Source: an uncultured Candidatus Saccharibacteria bacterium (GTDB lineage Bacteria; Patescibacteriota; Saccharimonadia; Saccharimonadales; JAUPVS01). Taken from it: 64,000 bases of DNA. The position numbers and the translations under genes were made by a program. The notes below the pieces were generated by a model, which worked only from the letters and a program-made list of their open reading frames with translations, searched no databases and had not been told where the DNA came from. Of the stretch, positions 57,066 to 64,000 are shown piece by piece (within the stretch, counting starts at the first letter, position 1; each line of letters starts with the position of its first letter). The DNA is taken from NCBI GenBank assembly GCA_964410185.1, contig CAYPFM010000003.1, positions 85,534 through 149,533 on the forward strand, given 5' to 3'.

Positions 57066-58652
57066 ATGAAAAAATGGCTTGTTGTAATTGTCCTGGCTTG
57101 TGCTCAGTTTGTCATGGTCCTCGACAGTACCGTTATGAACGTCTCTATCTCCACCGTGGTGAAGGATCTCAACACGACAGTGACGGCCATGCAGACAGCT
57201 ATCACCTTCTACACCCTTACCATGGCGGCCCTCATGTTGATTGGCGCCAAGCTGTGCAGTAAGTGGGGTTTGTTACGCGCTTTCACGATTGGTTCAGTCG
57301 TCTATGGTATCGGTTCACTGATTACCGCCCTCAGCCCCAACATCGCCACCCTGTTCTTGGGCTGGTCAATTATCGAAGGCCTGGGTGCGGTGCTGGTTAT
57401 TCCGGCCATTGCCGCCCTGATTGCAGTTACCTACAAGGGCAAGGACCGCGTCACTGCCTTCGCTATTATCGGTGGCGTCAGTGGTATGGCCGCGGCGGCT
57501 GGTCCGCTAATCGGTGGCTTTATGACCACCTATCTCTCCTGGCGTTATGTCTTTGTGGTCGAAACCATCGTTATGGTGATCGTCCTGATTGCAGCCCGCA
57601 GCTTTAAAGCTGGACCAAAGGCCAAGAAGCTGACCATCGACAAGCCAAGCGCCATCCTCTCAGCCCTCGGACTGACTATGGTGGTATATGGAATGTTACA
57701 GGCCAAGGTTTGGGGTCTCATCCAGCCGATTGCCAAACCAGAAATTGCTGGGCACCCCATCGCACCACTCGGTATTTCCGTAGTGGCCTACCTGATTCTG
57801 GGTGGCTTGATTGTCCTGAAGATCTTTTACGATCGCCAGGCTAAACTAGAAGAAAGTAAGCAGAACCCTTTGTTGCGCGTTTCTTTACTAAAGATATCAG
57901 CCCTCCGCTCGGGCTTAGCTGTTTTGGGCGCCCAGTACGCCATCACGGCCGGTGTCTTCTTTATCATCCCGATTTACCTACAGATGGTAATTGGCCTTGA
58001 TGCCCTGCAAACTGGTATTAAGATTTTCCCATTATCGGTGGCCCTGATTTTAGCTTCTTTGGTTGGCTCACGGTTGGTCAAAAAATTCAGCCCACAACGA
58101 ATCGTCCGCATTGGCCAACTGCTGCTTTTGTTTGGCTCGATCGCTCTGCTGGCCGCAGTTGATCCAGAACTAACCGGGTTGGCGTTTGCGGCAGCAATGT
58201 TTAGTGTTGGGGCCGGCCTCGGCTTGTTGGCCTCGCAAATTGGTAACGTCACCATGTCGGCGGTTGATTTAGAAAGTTCTAATGAAGTTGGCGGAATGTC
58301 GGGTACCTTCCAAAACCTGGGCTCGTCATTGGGTACGGCAATTATTGGTTCGGTCCTGGTGGTTTCGCTGACCAGCGGCTTTATTAGCCGCATCGACCAA
58401 AGCAATTTGCCGCCAGAAGTTAAGACTCCAATCAGCCAGAAGGCCGAGAGCGGTGTGGCCATCGTATCGGCCAGTGAGGTTACTGACATCGCTACATCTA
58501 AAGGACTCAGCCAGCAAGAAGCAAACGAAGTTGCTACCATTTACGAAGAGTCTCAGTTAGCCGGCCTAAAGGAAGCGATCTTTTTCTTGATAGCAATCGC
58601 CGCGTTATCGATCTTACTCTCCCGCAATATCCCCAATCAAAAAGTCGCCTAG
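57066..58652 (+). CDS. MFS transporter, DHA2 (14-TMS drug:H+ antiporter) family
   Basis: 528 aa with about 14 TM helices. Motif A-like GAKLCSKWGLLRA. Leaderless TATACT-N6-ATG upstream. Confidence 0.85.
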   Translation: MKKWLVVIVLACAQFVMVLDSTVMNVSISTVVKDLNTTVTAMQTAITFYTLTMAALMLIGAKLCSKWGLLRAFTIGSVVYGIGSLITALSPNIATLFLGWSIIEGLGAVLVIPAIAALIAVTYKGKDRVTAFAIIGGVSGMAAAAGPLIGGFMTTYLSWRYVFVVETIVMVIVLIAARSFKAGPKAKKLTIDKPSAILSALGLTMVVYGMLQAKVWGLIQPIAKPEIAGHPIAPLGISVVAYLILGGLIVLKIFYDRQAKLEESKQNPLLRVSLLKISALRSGLAVLGAQYAITAGVFFIIPIYLQMVIGLDALQTGIKIFPLSVALILASLVGSRLVKKFSPQRIVRIGQLLLLFGSIALLAAVDPELTGLAFAAAMFSVGAGLGLLASQIGNVTMSAVDLESSNEVGGMSGTFQNLGSSLGTAIIGSVLVVSLTSGFISRIDQSNLPPEVKTPISQKAESGVAIVSASEVTDIATSKGLSQQEANEVATIYEESQLAGLKEAIFFLIAIAALSILLSRNIPNQKVA

Positions 58653-58841
58653 CTCAGTCCCGACCCCTGTTAAGCTGAGAGTTGCCTGTGCACAACGCTG
58701 AGCATTTTACTCTGTTAAACCACGTATTCGGCTTGACGTAAATACTACAATTTAAATGGTTTACCGAGGGGTCTATAGTGAAGGGTGGCAACGCACTGTG
58801 AGGGTACGGAGCAAACTATTAATCAATTGGGGGATAAAACC

Positions 58842-59561
58842 ATGGCTCAGATGCAAAACGCAACCGACCAAAACAAACAGCTCATCACTATGGCAATCAT
58901 AATGTTCGTGTCTGTCGTCTCGGCGATCGTCGTTTCAACCGTGCTGGTTTCAAGCATTGTTCGAACTGACATGGCCAAGGCAATGGCTGCTAACAATAGT
59001 CCTGCCACTACCACGCAAAGTATTAATGCCCCTGTCGCTTCTGTAGCCGGCTCAGTCACTGGCGCAACCAGCTGCACCGCTCCAACCGACCCTGCTGTCG
59101 CTGGCGTCGTCGGCGTCGCCGGTGTCGCAGGCATGCCACATGGTGGCTTGGTCTACGGCCTCGCTCCTGCTTCCATCTCCGGTTCATTCAACAACTCACA
59201 GTCCAGCACGACTAACACAACCAACTCATACGTCCACAACTTCACCAAGAACGTCACCAAGACGATCGACAGCTACAACTCTGACTTCAACAACTCTTAC
59301 GACTCACACAACGTAGCTGACTCATACAACACCGCTACCAATAACACCAATACCAACACCAATTCCTTCAATGTCACAACCGACAACAACAATACAACCG
59401 ACTCAAACAACAGCAGTAGCGTCACAACTAATACCAACACAAACACCACCACGACCAACAACACGGCTGTTACCGAAAACTCAAACAACACCGTTGTTGA
59501 TGAATCCTACAACAACTTGCTGAGCAACAACACCATCCCAGCATTACCATTGCTTCCTTAG
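58842..59561 (+). CDS. Membrane-anchored Asn/Thr/Ser-rich low-complexity surface protein
   Basis: One N-terminal TM (LITMAIIMFVSVVSAIVVSTVLV), a GV-rich linker, then NTNTNT/NN-type repeats encoded by aacacc/aatacc tandem codons. Confidence 0.55.
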   Translation: MAQMQNATDQNKQLITMAIIMFVSVVSAIVVSTVLVSSIVRTDMAKAMAANNSPATTTQSINAPVASVAGSVTGATSCTAPTDPAVAGVVGVAGVAGMPHGGLVYGLAPASISGSFNNSQSSTTNTTNSYVHNFTKNVTKTIDSYNSDFNNSYDSHNVADSYNTATNNTNTNTNSFNVTTDNNNTTDSNNSSSVTTNTNTNTTTTNNTAVTENSNNTVVDESYNNLLSNNTIPALPLLP

Positions 59562-59575
59562 CTAACAAAAACAAA

Positions 59576-59611
59576 CTTAAAAAAACCGGGTCGAAAGGCC
59601 CGGTTTTTTTG
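59576..59611. terminator. Bidirectional rho-independent terminator
   Basis: AAAAAAACCGGGTCGAAAGGCCCGGTTTTTTT between convergent genes. Confidence 0.75.
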
Positions 59612-59615
59612 TGAC

Positions 59616-60716
59616 CTAGTGGGTGCCGGGAGGTTGGCTGGGCTGGCTGCGGAAGCAGCTGACTGAGTATGGAAAGTCCTCGGTCATAACGTAGTGATAG
59701 CTGGTCATCTGCTTACCGTCGAGAGTAATCGTCCCGTACAAGCCGTGACACTCATCTAAATCGGAGGTGGTGAGGACATTATTTTTGGCCACGTTAGGAC
59801 CGGTAATCGGAAAGCCATCCAGCGCAAAACCAATCACAGTTTGGGCGCCAACATCCTTTATACAACTACTCAAGGTGTGATAATGATACTCGCCTTCCCT
59901 CTGTGGGTGGCCGGCACAAGCATCCTGAACTTCCCATGCCCCCGCGTCACGTCCACCGGCGTCAAAGGCGTTAAAGATAGCAACTCCGCTCAACATCACA
60001 CCAACCTCACCACCAACACAGTTTGGTGAACCATAGGCCGGACTGGCGTTGAGACTGTAGGTCAAGCTCTGGGCTTTAATGCTGTTGGGATTGTGGTCAT
60101 AGGTGTAGGCGGGGTCATTTCGCGCAATTGGGAACGTACCGGTCACATGATTCGGGAGGTCGTTTGTGGTGATTGTCCGAATGCCGTTGGTAATCGTATT
60201 GGATAGACTTGGTTGCCAAACCACACTACCTAAGACCTTCGCCTTTTTGTTGATATCATACTGGGTGTTATTGTTGACGAACCACGGCCCGCGGGTGTCA
60301 CTACCACCAGCATCATTACCAAGATTGTTTGCGTAGACACTGCAGGCGTAGATATAGCCTTGCTTGGGAGCGTTGGTTACAAAGTGCTTGTCGCCAACCG
60401 GCAGAATACCATTGGCGTACTTGTTGCCATAGTCTTTGTTGGTATCCAGCTGGACGGCGGTCGACTGGGCAGAGCTCGTTGGCTGAGTCGTGCTGGTAGT
60501 GGTTTGCGTGGTAGTCTTCTTGCTACCTTGAGAAAAAATAGCAGCGATAAGTAAAATCACAAATATCCCGGCGATAACCCCAATAATTATCAACGGCTTG
60601 GTTTTGGACTTTTTTGGTGTCTCCGGTGCGACCGACTGCGGCAAGGGCTGAGTCGGTGGCAGCGGTTGGGTCGGTGGTTGCGCGTCTTGGGGTAACTGCG
60701 ACGGTTGTTCTTCCAT
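59616..60716 (-). CDS. YHYH-motif extracellular protein with N-terminal Pro-rich region and TM anchor
   Basis: PTQPLPPTQPLP repeats, a TM (LIIIGVIAGIFVILLIAAIF) and GEYHYHT. The start is the internal ATG MEEQPS. Confidence 0.55.
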   Translation of the reverse strand: MEEQPSQLPQDAQPPTQPLPPTQPLPQSVAPETPKKSKTKPLIIIGVIAGIFVILLIAAIFSQGSKKTTTQTTTSTTQPTSSAQSTAVQLDTNKDYGNKYANGILPVGDKHFVTNAPKQGYIYACSVYANNLGNDAGGSDTRGPWFVNNNTQYDINKKAKVLGSVVWQPSLSNTITNGIRTITTNDLPNHVTGTFPIARNDPAYTYDHNPNSIKAQSLTYSLNASPAYGSPNCVGGEVGVMLSGVAIFNAFDAGGRDAGAWEVQDACAGHPQREGEYHYHTLSSCIKDVGAQTVIGFALDGFPITGPNVAKNNVLTTSDLDECHGLYGTITLDGKQMTSYHYVMTEDFPYSVSCFRSQPSQPPGTH

Positions 60717-60778
60717 ATTCCAAGAATACCATAAGCACTGTGCAGTAAAGTTATTTTTCCTGTACAATAAACATAAGC

Positions 60779-63115
60779 ATGAATGAACCGTTTACCTCTA
60801 TTGAAGCCTACCTGCGTGCCGCAAATTATCTGACCGCCGCCCAGATTTTTCTCCAAGATAACTTTTTAATGGATCGTGATTTGACCTTTGATGATGTTAA
60901 GCCTCGACTGCTCGGTCACTGGGGTTCGGGACCTGGCGTTAACTTTGCCTATGCCCACCTCAGCCAAATGGCCAAAAAACATCAGCAAGAAATGATGTTT
61001 GTCCTCGGCCCCGGTCACGCCTTCCCCGCCCTGCAGGCCAATCTTTTTTTGGAAGGCACCTTGGGCAAATATTATCCCGAAGCACAACCTAACCTCGATG
61101 GTATTGCTTACATTTGCCGCCAGTTCAGCTGGCCGTATGGCTTCCCGAGTCACAGTAACCCGGGCACGCCGGGCGTCATTTTAGAGGGCGGTGAACTTGG
61201 CTACTCCTTAGCCACCAGTTACGGTGCCGCCATGGACAACCCGAATTTGGTGGTAGCCTGCCTAGTTGGCGATGGTGAAGCCGAAACGGGTCCCACCGCT
61301 GGGGCCTGGCATTTAAATAAGCTGGTCAATCCCAAGACCAGCGGCATTGTGTTGCCAATCCTGCACCTCAACGGCTATAAAATATCGGCTCCGACAATCT
61401 TTGGACGCATGACTGACTATGAGCTGATGGCATTGTTCAGTGGCTATGGCTACCACCCGCGCATCGTTGACGTAACGACCACCAAGAATCCTCATAAAGT
61501 GATGAGCGAGGCCATGGACTGGGCCTTTGAACAGATTAAAAAAGTTAAATCGCATCACACCGGCAAAGTCCCTCATATGCCAATGATTATTATGCGTACC
61601 CTCAAGGGCTGGACGGGTGTCAAAGAACTGGACGGTCAAAAGATCGAAGGCAACTGTCTGGCGCACCAGGTAGTCCTAACCGAGGCCAAGACCGACGCCA
61701 ACCAACTGAAACTGCTCAACGAATGGCTGCATTCATATAAGATTGGCGAGCTCTTTAGCGTCAAGGATGGTTTTGGTGACTTCGTTAAAGACGTACTACC
61801 TGATGATCCCGCCATGCGCATGGGCGACAGCAAGCACGCCCATGGTGGTGACGCCGTTTATAAACCACTCAAACTTCCGCCAATTGACCAGTTTGCCGAA
61901 GATGCCACCACCCCTGGAACAGTTGGTAGCAGTAGTATGCGTCGAGCCGGTCTCTATCTGGCCGAAGTGTTTAAGTTGAACGAAGCGAGCAAAAACTTCC
62001 GCTTGATGTCGCCAGACGAAACCTACTCCAACAAACTTGATGAGGTATTTAAGCAAACTTCGCGCGCCTGGCAGTGGCCCATTGAACCGTGGGACAGGGA
62101 CCTCAGCCCAGACGGCCGAGTCATGGAAATGCTCAGTGAGCACAACCTGCAAGGACTCTTCCAGGGCTACGTCCTAACCGGCCGGCACGCCGTCTTTGCC
62201 AGTTACGAAGCCTTCATCCAGGTTATTGTCAGTATGATGGACCAGTATGCCAAGTTCCTGAACCAATCGATTGAGGTGGCCTGGCGCGGTGCGATTCCAT
62301 CGCTAAACTACATCCTAACCAGCTCTGGCTGGCGCCAGGATCACAACGGCTTTAGCCACCAAAACCCGGGCTTCATTGATGATGCCCTTCGTCGCCAGGG
62401 TAACTTCGTCGATGTCTACTTCCCGCCCGATGGTAACACCACGTTGGCCGTCTTAGAGCACATGCTGAACACCACCCGACAGATTAATATTTTGGTCGCC
62501 GGTAAAACTCTTGAGCCACGTTGGCTGACACCCGACTTAGCCAAAGACCAGCTCAAAACTGGTGTCATGACCTGGGACTTTGCCAGTGACGACAATCCCG
62601 ACATCATCATGGCCGGCATTGGCGACTACACCACCAAAGAAGTTTTGGCGGCGATTAGCCTGGCAAAGCAGGCCTGGCCCGACATCCGTCTGCGTTGTGT
62701 TAACATTTGTTCATTAACAAGTCGTGGCCTAGGTCGCAACGGTGTCACCCTCAATCACGAGGCCTTTGAGCAACACTTTACCGCCGACAAACCTGTTATC
62801 TGTAACTTCCATGGCTACCCAGAAACCCTCAAGGCGATTCTGTTTAACTACACCCATCACCCGGAACGCTTTGATGTCCGCGGCTACATCGAAAGTGGCT
62901 CCACCACCACACCATTCGACATGCACGTCCGTAACCGAACCAGCCGTTATCACCTCGTAATCGCCATCTTTGAGCAACTGGCCGCCCTAGATCGCATCCA
63001 GTTCGAAGAATCACGCCATATCATCGCTACCTTCCAGGCTAAAATTGACGCCAACACCGAGTACATCAAAAAGTACGGCATCGATGTTCCAGAAATCGAT
63101 GAGTGGACCTGGTAA
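60779..63115 (+). CDS. xfp: Xylulose-5-phosphate/fructose-6-phosphate phosphoketolase
   Basis: 778 aa with XFP N-terminal motifs (GHWGSGPG, EGGELGYSL, GDGEAETGP). Confidence 0.95.
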   Translation: MNEPFTSIEAYLRAANYLTAAQIFLQDNFLMDRDLTFDDVKPRLLGHWGSGPGVNFAYAHLSQMAKKHQQEMMFVLGPGHAFPALQANLFLEGTLGKYYPEAQPNLDGIAYICRQFSWPYGFPSHSNPGTPGVILEGGELGYSLATSYGAAMDNPNLVVACLVGDGEAETGPTAGAWHLNKLVNPKTSGIVLPILHLNGYKISAPTIFGRMTDYELMALFSGYGYHPRIVDVTTTKNPHKVMSEAMDWAFEQIKKVKSHHTGKVPHMPMIIMRTLKGWTGVKELDGQKIEGNCLAHQVVLTEAKTDANQLKLLNEWLHSYKIGELFSVKDGFGDFVKDVLPDDPAMRMGDSKHAHGGDAVYKPLKLPPIDQFAEDATTPGTVGSSSMRRAGLYLAEVFKLNEASKNFRLMSPDETYSNKLDEVFKQTSRAWQWPIEPWDRDLSPDGRVMEMLSEHNLQGLFQGYVLTGRHAVFASYEAFIQVIVSMMDQYAKFLNQSIEVAWRGAIPSLNYILTSSGWRQDHNGFSHQNPGFIDDALRRQGNFVDVYFPPDGNTTLAVLEHMLNTTRQINILVAGKTLEPRWLTPDLAKDQLKTGVMTWDFASDDNPDIIMAGIGDYTTKEVLAAISLAKQAWPDIRLRCVNICSLTSRGLGRNGVTLNHEAFEQHFTADKPVICNFHGYPETLKAILFNYTHHPERFDVRGYIESGSTTTPFDMHVRNRTSRYHLVIAIFEQLAALDRIQFEESRHIIATFQAKIDANTEYIKKYGIDVPEIDEWTW

Positions 63116-64000
63116 TGAGTGACTTGACGCTGGTAGCTAACCCGGGTAGCGCCAGCCGTAAGTACGCGCTGTTTGAAGGACCTTACTGTCGCGTTCAGTT
63201 ACACTTTGAGTATAACGACAAGGTTGTTGTCTGCACCCTCCACCGAGACCTACAGCACACAGTTATTAAAACGAATTTAAAAACCGTCGCCCAGGCCAGC
63301 AAATTGTTGGTGAGTCTATTGCATAAACATGACTGTTTGGCGGCCGACGAAACAATCACCGCCGTCGGCTTGCGCGTGGTGGCACCCAGTAGTCACTTCC
63401 TCGAGGACCGGCTTATCGACAAGGCCACCGTTCGACTGCTGGGCGATCTTAAGCCCCTCGCACCACTCCATATTGGCGCAAGCCTGGAGGAGCTTCATCG
63501 CCTGCGCAGCATCTTTAAAAGCACACCTATTTACGGTATTTCCGACAGCTCGTTTCACAACACCAAGCCAGCCTATGCGCAGCACTACGGACTGCCACTG
63601 AAGGATGCCGACCGGCTGGATATTAAGCGGTTTGGCTATCATGGGCTCGCCGTTGCTTCGACCGTGCATCAACTCAAAGAACTCGGCAAACTAACACCCA
63701 AGCTCGTTGTCGTACATCTGGGTAGTGGCGCGAGTGTCACCGCCGTCAAGAACGGAAAGAGCATCGACAACACCATGGGCTACTCACCACTAGAAGGACT
63801 CATCATGGCAACCCGCAGTGGCAGTCTTGATGTCACCGCGGCCCGAGTTTTACAAACCAAACTAGCCCTCAACGACAAACGTTTTGACGAATATCTCAAC
63901 CAAAGTTCTGGGTTGCTCGGACTGGGAGGGTCGGCCGACATGCGCGACCTGCTGCGGCAGGAGCAGACCGGTGATCAACGTGCCCGCCTCGCCCTCAATA
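63115..64000 (+). CDS. ackA: Acetate kinase, 5' portion (runs off window)
   Basis: TAATG overlap with the xfp stop. Motifs LAPLHIGASL, ISDSSFH, RFGYHGLA and VVHLGSGASVTAVKNGKSIDNTMGYSPLEGL match AckA. Confidence 0.8.
   Translation, partial: MSDLTLVANPGSASRKYALFEGPYCRVQLHFEYNDKVVVCTLHRDLQHTVIKTNLKTVAQASKLLVSLLHKHDCLAADETITAVGLRVVAPSSHFLEDRLIDKATVRLLGDLKPLAPLHIGASLEELHRLRSIFKSTPIYGISDSSFHNTKPAYAQHYGLPLKDADRLDIKRFGYHGLAVASTVHQLKELGKLTPKLVVVHLGSGASVTAVKNGKSIDNTMGYSPLEGLIMATRSGSLDVTAARVLQTKLALNDKRFDEYLNQSSGLLGLGGSADMRDLLRQEQTGDQRARLALN

Noticed and set aside
59122-59491. ORFs 59122..59316 (+) and 59297..59491 (-) inside the N/T-rich gene
   Set aside because: They are alternative-frame readings of the aacacc/aatacc repeats (poly-Thr/His or poly-Val/Leu) and are artefacts of the low-complexity region.

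Overview
This 64 kb window is a gene-dense chromosomal segment (about 75 CDS, roughly 50% GC) from a bacterium with a streamlined, fermentative gene set. An Actinobacteria-like or Saccharibacteria/CPR-like lineage is likely, but I cannot fix it from sequence alone.

What I can support:
- **Core genes.** gatC and a partial gatA, uvrB, and a glycolysis/pentose-phosphate operon on the minus strand (gap, rpiB, rpe, a split transketolase, class II fba, a PfkB kinase). Also ppa, trxB, metK behind a SAM-I riboswitch, cardiolipin synthase, pheS and pheT, yajQ, rmuC, yaaA, two ABC transporter systems, an MFS transporter, and phosphoketolase followed by the 5' part of acetate kinase.
- **Start architecture.** Many genes are leaderless, with an extended -10 box 6-7 nt upstream of the ATG. 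Others carry conventional Shine-Dalgarno sites.
- **Accessory region, about 30.6-41.6 kb.** This is the most unusual part:
  - A tRNA-Ala-like gene with an atypical D-arm.
  - A run of small, functionally unrelated enzyme genes (NUDIX, rhodanese, HExxH peptidase, SRPBCC, APH-family kinase, alpha/beta hydrolase, PPase-like protein, S51 peptidase, secreted Ig-like protein). Each sits behind an almost identical leaderless promoter, TTTGCTATAGTTAA-N3-ATG.
  - A frameshifted ICMT-family methyltransferase and what looks like a decayed NUDIX-like remnant.
  - An AT-rich 772-aa ABC/Rad50-like ATPase with a CxxC zinc hook in its coiled coil and a C-terminal extra domain. This is an RloC-like anticodon-nuclease / abortive-infection candidate and the strongest defence-system signal here.
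- **Other oddities.** pheS and pheT are split by a 4-gene enzyme cassette. There is a 370-aa protein ending in a canonical WhiB-like Fe-S domain, an N/T-rich repeat surface protein, a DUF2207-type membrane protein with a poly-Gly tail, and a tiny Lys-rich ORF behind a strong SD.

I saw no CRISPR array, rRNA, transposase or integrase. Coordinates of very short motifs may be off by about 1 nt because I located them by reading.
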